From NCBI RefSeq assembly GCF_022701215.1, contig NZ_CP089976.1, positions 630,001 through 662,000 of the forward strand: 32,000 nucleotides of DNA, given 5' to 3'. This document shows positions 17,017 to 26,824 of the stretch, one piece after another (the first letter of the stretch is position 1; each line of letters opens with the position of its first letter). Both the position numbers and the translations under genes were made by a program. The stretch is from Moraxella nasovis (GTDB lineage Bacteria; Pseudomonadota; Gammaproteobacteria; Pseudomonadales; Moraxellaceae). A model generated the notes under the pieces. The model did no database searches. It had not been told where the DNA came from and saw only the letters and a list, made by a program, of their open reading frames with translations.

Positions 17017-18519
17017 TTAGCCTCTTAGACCTCTTTGCATTTCTTCAAATTTTGCGACGATATTTGCTTTTGGTGGTGCAGTCATTAGACTAACCACAAC
17101 CGTTGCAATCGCACTAAACGTAAAGCCAGGTAAGATAGAATAAATGGCATCATTAGCAGGCTGTCCGCCGATGGTAAAACCACCATACACCCAGATAATT
17201 ACCGTTAATGCACCCACAATCATACCAGCAAGAGCACCGTTACGGTTCATGCGTTTCCACATTAAGCTTAAGATAACCAGCGGACCAAATGCTGCCCCAA
17301 AACCTGCCCATGCATGTGACACTAGGCTCAATACCGAGCTATTTTTATCGCCCGCTAAAATAATAGCGACAACTGCTACCGCCAGCACTGAGATACGCCC
17401 TACTAGTACTTGACGAGCTTCAGAAGCCTCCTTATCAAGAAACAGCTTATACACATCACGAGTCAGCGAGCTTGACACCACCAAAAGCTGACTTGAGATG
17501 GTACTCATAATTGCCGCTAAAATTGCTGCAAGCAAAAAACCTGAAATCAGTGGGTGGAATAAAAGCTGAGAGAACACCAAGAAAATCGTCTCTGGATCTT
17601 CTAATGTCATATTGTGATTTTTAATATAAGCGACGCCAGATAAGCCCACCATTAACGCACCGATTAAGCTAAGAATCATCCAGCTCATACCGATATTACG
17701 AGCCACAGGCACATCTTTTACCGAGCGAATCGCCATAAAACGCACGATGATATGCGGCTGACCAAAGTAGCCAAAACCCCACGCCATCAGCGAGATAACG
17801 CCCATGACGGTTACACCATTCATTAAGTTAAATAGCTCAGGATTTACGCTATGTGCGACCGAAATACCTACATCCCAACCGCCAATGTTAGTAAATGCCA
17901 CGATTGGTACAAGTAGCATGGCGACAAGCATAATCACACCTTGTACAAAATCGGTCATAGACACTGCCAAAAAGCCGCCAAACAGCGTATAAGCCACGAC
18001 CACGCCAGCAGTAACCCAAAGCCCAAGCTGATAATCTAAGCCAAGCGAGCTTTCAAATAGTTTACCACCACCCACTAAGCTTGCTGCTGTATATACTGTA
18101 AAAAATACGATAACAACAATCGCTGAAGTCATACGCAGCATATGCGATGAGTCGTTAAACCGATTTGAGAAATAGTCAGGCAAGGTAATGGCATTATCTG
18201 CCACTTCAGTGAACACACGAAGACGTGGAGCGACGATAATGTAGTTTAAGGTTGCACCAATGGTTAGACCCAGTGCAATCCAAATACTCACAATGCCAGA
18301 TGAATACATATACCCAGGCAAGCCCAAAAGTAGCCAGCCTGACATATCTGAAGCACCTGCTGATAAAGCGGTTACTGCAGGCCCTAGATTACGACCGCCT
18401 AGCATATAGCCTTCCACGTCGCTTTTTTGCTTAAAATACGCATATACGCCAATGCCGATCATCAGCAGAAAATAAAGAGCGAGCGAAATCCACACGCCAG
18501 ATTCAATAACACCATTCAT
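17017..18519 (-). CDS. putP: Sodium/proline symporter
   Basis: 500 aa, polytopic. GGRNLGPAVTALSAGASDMSGWLLLGLPG is nearly identical to the E. coli PutP motif. Confidence 0.95.
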   Translation of the reverse strand: MNGVIESGVWISLALYFLLMIGIGVYAYFKQKSDVEGYMLGGRNLGPAVTALSAGASDMSGWLLLGLPGYMYSSGIVSIWIALGLTIGATLNYIIVAPRLRVFTEVADNAITLPDYFSNRFNDSSHMLRMTSAIVVIVFFTVYTAASLVGGGKLFESSLGLDYQLGLWVTAGVVVAYTLFGGFLAVSMTDFVQGVIMLVAMLLVPIVAFTNIGGWDVGISVAHSVNPELFNLMNGVTVMGVISLMAWGFGYFGQPHIIVRFMAIRSVKDVPVARNIGMSWMILSLIGALMVGLSGVAYIKNHNMTLEDPETIFLVFSQLLFHPLISGFLLAAILAAIMSTISSQLLVVSSSLTRDVYKLFLDKEASEARQVLVGRISVLAVAVVAIILAGDKNSSVLSLVSHAWAGFGAAFGPLVILSLMWKRMNRNGALAGMIVGALTVIIWVYGGFTIGGQPANDAIYSILPGFTFSAIATVVVSLMTAPPKANIVAKFEEMQRGLRG

Positions 18520-18761
18520 GGTATCTCCTTGATTTTACGATATTTTTATATTTGTCTTTGGACTTAACTTCTTAATTTTGTATTATAAAGTGCTAAGACA
18601 AACAAAATTCTACGATACAAATAAGATCTTAAAAAAGACCTTTAGCAACGCTATTATAACAAGATGGCAACTTTTTAGCATAATTATTAAAATTTTTATT
18701 CAATTTACTGTATTTTTATCAATTTTTTAGCTAAATTTATCTTCTTTTGCTTTTAAAATAG

Positions 18762-18770
18762 TGCTATAAT
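18762..18770 (+). promoter_or_regulatory. Extended -10 promoter element upstream of rplY
   Basis: TGCTATAAT matches TGnTATAAT. No good -35 element is present. Confidence 0.4.
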
Positions 18771-18811
18771 ATCTAGTTGTCTTTTTTGATAAATTAATAA
18801 AGGCAGTTCTC

Positions 18812-18836
18812 AAATAAGCTGGTCGCAAGCTTATTT
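18812..18836 (+). promoter_or_regulatory. Terminator-like hairpin in the rplY 5' leader
   Basis: aaataagct-ggtcgca-agcttattt is a perfect 9-bp stem followed by atttttaattttt. It ends 24 nt before the rplY ATG. Confidence 0.4.
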
Positions 18837-18860
18837 ATTTTTAATTTTTAAGGAATCATC

Positions 18861-19568
18861 ATGAGCTATAAATTAAACGCTGTTTTGCGTAGCGAAGACA
18901 AGCAGGGTAAGGGTGCGAGCCGCCGCCTGCGTAAAGAAAACCTAGTTCCTGCCATTGTGTATGGCGGTGAAGGTGAAGCACTGAGCATCGCCATCAAGCA
19001 CAACGAACTTATCAAAGCCCTAAGCGAAGAGTCATTCTTTTCAAGCATCATCACCCTAGTGGTAGATGGCAATACAGAAGAAGTCATCATCAAAGCATTA
19101 CAACGCCACCCATCTAAGGGTCTGCCACTACACGCCGATTTTCAGCGTATTGTTCGTGGTCAAGCCATGCAGTTTACTGTACCTGTACACTTTGTTGGTG
19201 AAGCAACTGGCGTAGAAGCTGGCGGCGTACTACAAACCAACATCACCGAGCTTGACATCAACTGCTTGCCACGTCAATTGCCAGAATTTATTGAAGTTGA
19301 TGTAAGCAAACTTGAAATTGGTGATTTGCTACGTCTATCTGACATCAAACTAGAAGACGGTGTAACCATCGCTGACCTAGATAGCGGTGCAACAGACCGT
19401 GTGGTAGTAAGCGTACAAGCACCGACTGTTGAAGAAGAGCCAGAAGAAGAAGTGGACGAAACCGAAGTCATTGAAGGCGACATTGAGACCGTTGAAGGCG
19501 AAGCTCAATCTGACGACAAAGATGGCAAAGATGAAGATAAAGACGAAGATAAGTCTGACAAAGAATAA
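18861..19568 (+). CDS. rplY: 50S ribosomal protein L25 (long Ctc form) with acidic tail
   Basis: 235 aa with GKGASRRLRKENLVPAIVYGG...LQRHPSKGLPLHADFQR, collinear with L25/Ctc. The last 50 aa or so are Glu/Asp/Lys low-complexity sequence. Confidence 0.93.
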   Translation: MSYKLNAVLRSEDKQGKGASRRLRKENLVPAIVYGGEGEALSIAIKHNELIKALSEESFFSSIITLVVDGNTEEVIIKALQRHPSKGLPLHADFQRIVRGQAMQFTVPVHFVGEATGVEAGGVLQTNITELDINCLPRQLPEFIEVDVSKLEIGDLLRLSDIKLEDGVTIADLDSGATDRVVVSVQAPTVEEEPEEEVDETEVIEGDIETVEGEAQSDDKDGKDEDKDEDKSDKE

Positions 19569-19588
19569 GCCTATGAGTTACTCAAAAA

Positions 19589-19613
19589 AGCCAATGACAT
19601 TCATTGGCTTTTT
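19589..19613 (+). terminator. Intrinsic terminator of rplY
   Basis: agccaatga-cat-tcattggct followed by ttttgtttt. Confidence 0.8.
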
Positions 19614-19671
19614 GTTTTGGGAAATGGCTAAAAAATGTTAGAATATGCGTTTTAGTATCACGGAATATGGT

Positions 19672-20247
19672 ATGATCAAACTCATTGTGGGACTTGGCAA
19701 TATCGGCAACAGTTATCAAGACACTCGGCATAATGCAGGCTTTTGGTTCATAGATTTGATTGCCCAAAAATATGGCATCCGTCTAAATTATGACAAAAAA
19801 TTCTTGGGCGATGTCGGTCGTGGCGTGATTTGTGGTCATGATGTTCGGCTACTCAAACCGCACACGCTGATGAATCGCTCAGGGCTTGCTGTTGCACCGA
19901 TGGCTAAGTTTTATGGCATCAAGCCAAGCGAGATTCTCATCGCTCATGATGAGCTTGACATTCCAGCTGGTAGCATTCGCTTAAAGATGGGTGGCGGACA
20001 TGGTGGGCATAACGGACTAAAAGACATCGTGCCACATCTTGGGGCGGATTTTCATCGCCTGCGTGTCGGTATCGGACACCCCGGTCATGCCAGCCGTGTG
20101 AGTGCTTGGGTACTGTCCAAGCCAAGCTGTGATGATGCCATCAGTATTGAGCGTGCCTTAAATTGTGCGTTGGACAATCTTGACCTTATCATGGCAGGCG
20201 AGCTAGATAAGGCACGCAATATCATCAACGGCTTTAAGCTTGGCTAA
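19672..20247 (+). CDS. pth: Peptidyl-tRNA hydrolase
   Basis: MIKLIVGLGNIGNSYQDTRHNAGFWFID is the canonical Pth N-terminus, and GGHGGHNGLKDI is also present. The track start at 19645 adds 9 unlikely residues. Confidence 0.95.
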   Translation: MIKLIVGLGNIGNSYQDTRHNAGFWFIDLIAQKYGIRLNYDKKFLGDVGRGVICGHDVRLLKPHTLMNRSGLAVAPMAKFYGIKPSEILIAHDELDIPAGSIRLKMGGGHGGHNGLKDIVPHLGADFHRLRVGIGHPGHASRVSAWVLSKPSCDDAISIERALNCALDNLDLIMAGELDKARNIINGFKLG

Positions 20248-20377
20248 ATTTTTAAACTGGCTGACTTAAAGTTGGCTGACCAAGGTAGTTTAACCACGTC
20301 AATCAGTCCAAACGCCAAAGACAAGCTGTGTCATCAGTGCTATAATTAAGCCTAAACTTTGTAAGACAAGGTGCGTT

Positions 20378-21778
20378 ATGAATCCTTATGCCAACTTAGA
20401 GCCACTGCATTTTTGTGGCGTAACTTTTGATGAACAGCTCATCAATAAATACAACCGACAAGGTCCACGCTACACTTCCTACCCCACTGCCTTAGAATTT
20501 TTGCCCATCAAAGACGGCACAGAACAACAAATTCTCCAACAAAAAGACCCAAGTACCCCCTTATCGCTGTATTTTCATATCCCATTTTGTCGGCATTTGT
20601 GCTACTACTGCGGTTGCAACAAAATCATCACCAAGAAAAATAGCGATGCTGGCGACTATTTGGATTATCTCATCAAAGAGATTCAGCACAAAAAATCCTT
20701 GCTCCAAGGCACGCCCATCGTCAAACAGCTACACCTTGGCGGTGGCACGCCGACTTTTTTTAGTGATGATGAACTAATAAGACTTTGGGAATTTTTGCAC
20801 CATGAATTTGATTTTGCTGATGATGGCGACTATTCCATAGAAATTGACCCCAGAGAATTGGGCGAGCATACCCTAAGCACACTCAAAAGTCTGGGCTTTA
20901 ATCGGCTAAGTTTTGGGGTGCAGGATTTAGAAGAAAAAGTACAAATCGCCGTCAATAGAGTTCAGCCTGAATCTCTTGTGCGGGCTGTGATGGCAGAGGC
21001 ACGCCAATTGGACTTTAAATCCATCAACATTGATTTGATTTATGGATTGCCCCATCAGACTACCGATAGCATGGCAAAGACCGTCGCTAAAATTATCGAT
21101 ATCGCTCCAGACCGCCTGTCAGTCTTTAATTATGCACATCTGCCCGAGCGTTTTTTTGCCCAAAAACGCATTAATGAAACTGACTTGCCTAGCCCTTCTG
21201 ACAAGCTGACCATGTTTGGCAATACCATTAATGCACTAGCTTTAGCAAATTATCAATACATCGGCATCGATCACTTCGCCAAGCCTGATGATGAAATGGC
21301 AATCGCTCAGCGAAATGGCAAATTACACCGTAATTTTCAAGGTTATGCCACGCTTGGCGAGTGCGACCTGATTGGTTTTGGCGTATCTGCAATCAGTCAA
21401 ATCGGTCGCCATATCCTACAAAACCATACCGATCTTAAGCAGTACACCACCATGATTGCTGATGGTCAATTGCCTGCGGTCAAACACATCAAAGCCAACC
21501 CAAAAGACGCCCTTCGTCGCTATGTCATTATGAATTTATTATGCCATGATTATTTAGACTACGCTGATGTCAGTGGGCGATTTGGAATTGATGCTAAAAG
21601 CTACTTTGCTGAAGAAATCAACGCCCTACAAGACATGCAAAACGATGGTTTGGTACGTATTGATGAGCATGGCGTTCGTATTCTACCAAAGGGAAGAATT
21701 CTTGGGCGTAATGTCGCTATGGTCTTTGATGAATACTTAAGTAAAAAGCACGCAAGACGTTTTTCTAAGGTGATTTAG
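20378..21778 (+). CDS. hemN: Oxygen-independent coproporphyrinogen III oxidase (radical SAM)
   Basis: 466 aa with GPRYTSYPTALEF and the radical-SAM motif CRHLCYYCGC. It is collinear with E. coli HemN through to the ...FSKVI end. Confidence 0.95.
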   Translation: MNPYANLEPLHFCGVTFDEQLINKYNRQGPRYTSYPTALEFLPIKDGTEQQILQQKDPSTPLSLYFHIPFCRHLCYYCGCNKIITKKNSDAGDYLDYLIKEIQHKKSLLQGTPIVKQLHLGGGTPTFFSDDELIRLWEFLHHEFDFADDGDYSIEIDPRELGEHTLSTLKSLGFNRLSFGVQDLEEKVQIAVNRVQPESLVRAVMAEARQLDFKSINIDLIYGLPHQTTDSMAKTVAKIIDIAPDRLSVFNYAHLPERFFAQKRINETDLPSPSDKLTMFGNTINALALANYQYIGIDHFAKPDDEMAIAQRNGKLHRNFQGYATLGECDLIGFGVSAISQIGRHILQNHTDLKQYTTMIADGQLPAVKHIKANPKDALRRYVIMNLLCHDYLDYADVSGRFGIDAKSYFAEEINALQDMQNDGLVRIDEHGVRILPKGRILGRNVAMVFDEYLSKKHARRFSKVI

Positions 21779-21789
21779 CACGCTAAACT

Positions 21790-21821
21790 AAAAAAATAAG
21801 CCATCATTGGCTTATTTTTTT
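21790..21821. terminator. Bidirectional intrinsic terminator shared by hemN and the RDD gene
   Basis: aaaaaaataagcca-tcat-tggcttattttttt has A- and T-tracts on both sides. It contains the stop codon of the minus-strand gene. Confidence 0.75.
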
Positions 21822-22453
21822 GATCTTTTAAAAGAAGCAAATAGACCTTCGTGTTCAAATTTAGGAATTTTTAGGGTCATGGTATTTGATAAAATATCAT
21901 GAAAAGCCAACCCCTTAGCGTGAAACATACCAAAGATATAATTGCCAAGCAGCCCTAAGAACGCACTGGCAATCACTGCAAGCCGAGCATGATACACCAA
22001 AGCCCCAATCATCGCACACAGTAAAGGCAACAAACAAGCACAAATAATACGTCGCACACTTTGTGACCAGCCTAGTAGTTCACCTGTTGCAGTCACCGTC
22101 TTTAATTGCCATGTCTGCATGCCTAATGTCTGCCCTGACTTACGCCAAAAAACCCCATAAAAACCTATCAACGTCAGCACAAATGCTGGCGACATGACGC
22201 CATTTTGATACCAGACTGGCAGCGATTGAGCATCTGCTGCCGTCTTACCCACCTCACCAAATGCCAAAGTCCCTACCACAGCCAACGCCAATGACACCAA
22301 GAACAGCATGGATAAAATCAGCATGCCATCATAAAGCATAGCAACCAATCGTACGATAGGCTTAGCGATGATGATATCTTGGGCTTGGGTGGTGGCAGTA
22401 GATATCGGACGGTTATTCTTAGCTTGTTTTAGCATGGTGGCTGTATAGATCAA
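21812..22453 (-). CDS. RDD family membrane protein
   Basis: 213 aa with multiple transmembrane segments. RLVAMLYDGMLIL fits the R..A...D motif, and a later WRKSGQTLGM fits the conserved GQTLG of RDD proteins. Confidence 0.75.
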   Translation of the reverse strand: MIYTATMLKQAKNNRPISTATTQAQDIIIAKPIVRLVAMLYDGMLILSMLFLVSLALAVVGTLAFGEVGKTAADAQSLPVWYQNGVMSPAFVLTLIGFYGVFWRKSGQTLGMQTWQLKTVTATGELLGWSQSVRRIICACLLPLLCAMIGALVYHARLAVIASAFLGLLGNYIFGMFHAKGLAFHDILSNTMTLKIPKFEHEGLFASFKRSKK

Positions 22454-22526
22454 TGAAAAGTAGCAAGAATTATAACAGAAAAATAAAAAATCACCAAAAT
22501 CTATGACTTTGGTGATTTACTTTATA

Positions 22527-22603
22527 TGGCGCGCCCGGAGAGATTCGAACTCCCGACCCCTTAGTTCGTAGCCAAGTGCTCTATCCAACTGAGCTACGGG
22601 CGC
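22527..22603 (-). tRNA. tRNA-Arg (anticodon ACG)
   Basis: The reverse complement is GCGCCCG-TA-GCTC-AGTTGGATA-GAGC-A-CTTGG-CTACGAA-CTAAG-GGGTC-GGGAG-TTCGAAT-CTCTC-CGGGCGC-G-CCA. It folds as a full cloverleaf with an encoded CCA. Confidence 0.95.
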
Positions 22604-22635
22604 TTATTTATCAAGCTATTGCTTGATGGTGTGCT

Positions 22636-22663
22636 ATTATACTGGATAAATTTAGTAAGTCAA
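22636..22663 (-). promoter_or_regulatory. Sigma70 promoter of tRNA-Arg
   Basis: The minus strand reads TTGACT-16 nt-TATAAT, about 30 nt upstream of the mature tRNA 5' end. Confidence 0.55.
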
Positions 22664-22706
22664 GCACTTTTTTTATTTTTTAAACTCAATTTTAAAAAAT
22701 AAAAAA

Positions 22707-22796
22707 TGGCGGTGACGGAGGGATTCGAACCCTCGATACAGTTTCCCGTATGCATCCTTAGCAGGGATGTGGTTTCAGCCACTCACCCACGTCACC
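22707..22796 (-). tRNA. tRNA-Ser (anticodon GCU)
   Basis: The reverse complement has GGTGACG...CATCC-CTGCTAA-GGATG, then the long variable arm CATACGGGAAACTGTATC, then GAGGG-TTCGAAT-CCCTC-CGTCACC-G-CCA. It is a class II tRNA. Confidence 0.93.
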
Positions 22797-22809
22797 GTTG
22801 TGGGCGAAA

Positions 22810-22837
22810 ATTATATCAAATTTTCAGGATAATGCAA
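22810..22837 (-). promoter_or_regulatory. Sigma70 promoter of tRNA-Ser
   Basis: The minus strand reads TTGCAT-16 nt-TATAAT, about 13 nt upstream of the tRNA 5' end. Confidence 0.5.
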
Positions 22838-22929
22838 GACATTTTGATAAAATTTTTTAAAATAATTTTAAAATGCACTCGCCACGCAATAAAAATGCTA
22901 TTATAAATACCTAATATGGCGTCTATTAA

Positions 22930-23745
<816 letters not shown>

Positions 23746-23811
23746 GCTGCTTTTTTTATCATAAATGCCTAATAGGGATTTAGGTGCTTTGGGTGCATAA
23801 CCAATAGTAAG

Positions 23812-24381
23812 TTATGCGATGCCTTGCAAGATATTCATCGCTACGATTTCAACGAACTTTTGGAGTAAAAGCAAGCCAAATAATGCTGCAATCGGTGATA
23901 AATCCAGCATGCCTAAATTTGGCACGATACGGCGAAACGGTGCGATAATCGGCTCAGATAACGCCATGACAAGCTCAAGAGCAGGATGCATGACGTTGGC
24001 AAGCATAATCACCCAGCTTGCTACCACAGACGCTAAAATAATGTAGCGAAGCATGGCTAAAAACTTAATAATCGCTTGGATTGTTCCAATAAAAAACACC
24101 TGTAATGCTGTCAGAGATTCTTGCAAAATAAACGCATCTGCCACAAGATTTACCCAATACAGCAGCAACATTAATGCAATCGCTGCCAAACTGATTCGCC
24201 CTGCCATCACATTAGGAAATATGCGGGAAAACACATCAACAACACCCGTAAAACGGCGAACAGCGAGCATATAAGGATGGCGTGGATTAATATCAGCAAA
24301 CTGCATCATAAAACGCAAAAAAAGTGCCAATAAACCAAAATTAATCAGCATATTGACGATAAGATAAATAGGACTGTTCAT
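23812..24381 (-). CDS. yggT: YggT family membrane protein
   Basis: 189 aa with four hydrophobic segments in two repeats. It lies immediately downstream of proC, as in the conserved proC-yggT arrangement. Confidence 0.85.
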   Translation of the reverse strand: MNSPIYLIVNMLINFGLLALFLRFMMQFADINPRHPYMLAVRRFTGVVDVFSRIFPNVMAGRISLAAIALMLLLYWVNLVADAFILQESLTALQVFFIGTIQAIIKFLAMLRYIILASVVASWVIMLANVMHPALELVMALSEPIIAPFRRIVPNLGMLDLSPIAALFGLLLLQKFVEIVAMNILQGIA

Positions 24382-24430
24382 AAAATAATCGTTTTTTTTA
24401 AATTAATTAGGGTAATGTCAATAAATACAG

Positions 24431-25270
24431 CTAAGACTGGCTAAGCTCAATACTACGGTCGGCACAAGCTTGCATGGCATGCTGAATGCATTTACCTACG
24501 CCATTTTGCTCCATACTTGAGATGGCAGCAAATGTCGTACCGCCCTTGGACATGACTTTTTGTTTAAGCTCACTTGGATTGGCGTTGGTTGCCATAACTG
24601 CAGCACCTTGCATGGTTTGGGTAGCTAATGCCAAAGCCTTATCTTTATCTAGACCCATCTGCACTGCTTTATCAACCATCTGTTCTAACATATAAAAAAA
24701 GTATGCTGGTGCTGAGCCTGCCACTGCGGTTACCGCATGCAAATCGCTCTCATCATCTACCCAAACAGCAATCCCAGATGCCGCCATCACCGCTGCTGCT
24801 AGATCCTTATCTGATTGTGCAACTTTCCCAAAAAGCCCAGTCGCTCCAAACCCTACCGTTGATGGTAAATTTGGCATGGTTCGCACCACCCTATCTGACC
24901 CTGTCATAGCATAAAGCTTATCCATACCAAGCCCTGCTGCCACCGAGATGATAAGCTGACCATGACCTAAGGCAGGCTTAATACTCTTACATACGTCCGC
25001 CATCACTTGTGGCTTAACAGCTAGCACGACGATATCGCTTGTGCAGATTAGCTCATCGGCATCGCTTGACAGTACAGACGTTACGCCTTTTTTGGTAAAT
25101 TCATCAAGCTTAGGCTGATTACGATCAGACACACGAATGTCAATGCTGATATTTTTTGTGCGTTTAGCATTGATAAGCCCATCGATCAAGGCAGATGACA
25201 TATTGCCACCACCCACAAAGATGATGGACTTATCATTTAAAACAGTTAAGTCGGTGTTAAAATCAGTCAT
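24431..25270 (-). CDS. proC: Pyrroline-5-carboxylate reductase
   Basis: 279 aa with a Rossmann motif FVGGGNMSSALIDGL and the C-terminal SKGGTTFAAI typical of ProC. Confidence 0.93.
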   Translation of the reverse strand: MTDFNTDLTVLNDKSIIFVGGGNMSSALIDGLINAKRTKNISIDIRVSDRNQPKLDEFTKKGVTSVLSSDADELICTSDIVVLAVKPQVMADVCKSIKPALGHGQLIISVAAGLGMDKLYAMTGSDRVVRTMPNLPSTVGFGATGLFGKVAQSDKDLAAAVMAASGIAVWVDDESDLHAVTAVAGSAPAYFFYMLEQMVDKAVQMGLDKDKALALATQTMQGAAVMATNANPSELKQKVMSKGGTTFAAISSMEQNGVGKCIQHAMQACADRSIELSQS

Positions 25271-25333
25271 GATACGCTCCAGTATTTATTTTATAGGGTT
25301 ATTGGCAATGCCAAAGTAGACTTGCATTGTACC

Positions 25334-26623
25334 TTATTTATAGCATTTCACCAAATCGCTTGACCACGTTACGCCAAGACTCATCAGATGGTCGCCATCT
25401 AACCATAAATGTCGTCTAAGCCATGGTGCAATACGCACTGTTTGGTAAAGTTTTTTGCCTGATAAGGCTCGGTGTTTGATGATAACTTTATCAGTCTTTG
25501 CGAGCGGTCGTGGCTTGGTTTTTGGGGCATTAAAAACGATGGCGTTATCAATCTTACTGATGAAATAGCCATCTTGCCACATAAAATCGCCTTGCAATGC
25601 CTGCCAAAGTCGCACATTCAAGCGATAAAGCACATTATCATATCGCATGAACACAAAACTGTCTTTTACGCCTTGCCAAAACAATCTTGTGGCATGATCG
25701 CCATCATTACGAGTTATCAGATGCGTGATGTCATCAATCAACTGACTGCCACAAGGAGCAATCTCATCGCCTTGTATAAATCTTTGGATAATGAGCGGGA
25801 TAATGGCAGAGTGATGGCAATTAAGCTTATCAATACAAAGCTGGCTTTCAAATGTGTGCCTAACCTGCACGCACTCTTCTATCGCCTGATCCACATGGTG
25901 GGTGATAAATTCGTCAATCTGACCAAGATGGCAGCTGGCTTTAGCAAAGTTTTGAGTAAACTTTGGATTTAGCTTATATAAGTTTGGCAAAACGTTTTGT
26001 CTAAGAATGCTTCTTGTGTTTTTGCCTGTAAAATTAGTGGGGTCGTCGATGTATTGCAACTGATGCGTTTGGCAAAATTGATCAATTAAATCACGACCGG
26101 CAAAAAGCCAAGGGCGATACACCTTGATGGCTTTAGATGTGCCGTCTTGATTGATATTTCGCTTAATTTGAACAGGTTTCATCGCTGTTAGACCATGTAG
26201 TCCTGTGCCATTGATGAGACGCATAAGCATGGTCTCAGCCTGATCATCTGCATGATGCGCCAACAAAATCGCATCGCCATCTGACATCACTTCAAAAAAC
26301 GCCTGATAACGTGCTTGTCTTGCACCATTTTCACTGTGATGGCAGACATCGACCGACACTACTTGACAAGGTAAATGGTGACATTTGGCAAATTGCACCA
26401 CAAAATCTGCCCATAAATCGCTACTACGTTGTAGATTATGATTGACATGGATTAAGGTGGGCAGATAATCTAGCTTACCTGCTTTATGTAGTAGCACACA
26501 AGCAAACGCCAACGCCATAGAATCTCGACCACCACTACACGCCAGATACCATTGGGCTGTATCTTGGGCTTGACTGGCATGACTTTTTAGAAAGTTCGCC
26601 AAAAGCGTCAGCAAGTCGGTCAT
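25334..26623 (-). CDS. tilS: tRNA(Ile)-lysidine synthase
   Basis: PP-loop motif SGGRDSMAL, and HVNHNLQ...LAHHADDQAETMLMRL. I prefer the ATG at 26623 over the TTG at 26632. Confidence 0.9.
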   Translation of the reverse strand: MTDLLTLLANFLKSHASQAQDTAQWYLACSGGRDSMALAFACVLLHKAGKLDYLPTLIHVNHNLQRSSDLWADFVVQFAKCHHLPCQVVSVDVCHHSENGARQARYQAFFEVMSDGDAILLAHHADDQAETMLMRLINGTGLHGLTAMKPVQIKRNINQDGTSKAIKVYRPWLFAGRDLIDQFCQTHQLQYIDDPTNFTGKNTRSILRQNVLPNLYKLNPKFTQNFAKASCHLGQIDEFITHHVDQAIEECVQVRHTFESQLCIDKLNCHHSAIIPLIIQRFIQGDEIAPCGSQLIDDITHLITRNDGDHATRLFWQGVKDSFVFMRYDNVLYRLNVRLWQALQGDFMWQDGYFISKIDNAIVFNAPKTKPRPLAKTDKVIIKHRALSGKKLYQTVRIAPWLRRHLWLDGDHLMSLGVTWSSDLVKCYK

Positions 26624-26824
26624 AAAAAGCAAGCCTTCTTTAAAATAAAATACACCATCAAAATAAAATACGCCATCAAACTCAAACAGTCAAATGAGTG
26701 CCTGCATGAATATAACATTTAGATAAAATGCTTGGCATTTTGCCTAATTTTCTCATCAAAGACAAGTCAAATCCCCACTTTTTATATAAAATCAGTTACA
26801 ATACGCATTTTTGACCATATTACT

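Noticed and set aside
20289-20302. tttaa-ccac-gtcaa is a possible FNR/ANR half-palindrome upstream of hemN.
   Set aside because: It has several mismatches to TTGAT-N4-ATCAA, including the critical G. Its centre is about 57 nt upstream of the likely transcription start, which does not fit the usual -41.5 or -61.5 spacing.
22825-22835. caggataatgc resembles part of the TPP riboswitch core (cuggauaaugcc), upstream of thiD.
   Set aside because: The rest of the thi-box (the CUGAGA element and the pairing helices) is absent. The match coincides with the -35 region of the opposite-strand tRNA-Ser promoter.
22706-22906. 66-aa plus-strand ORF.
   Set aside because: Its first 90 nt are the antisense of a perfectly folding tRNA-Ser gene. 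The rest is A+T-rich promoter DNA.
25472-25972. 166-aa plus-strand ORF.
   Set aside because: It lies wholly inside and antisense to tilS, with no motifs and no ribosome-binding site.
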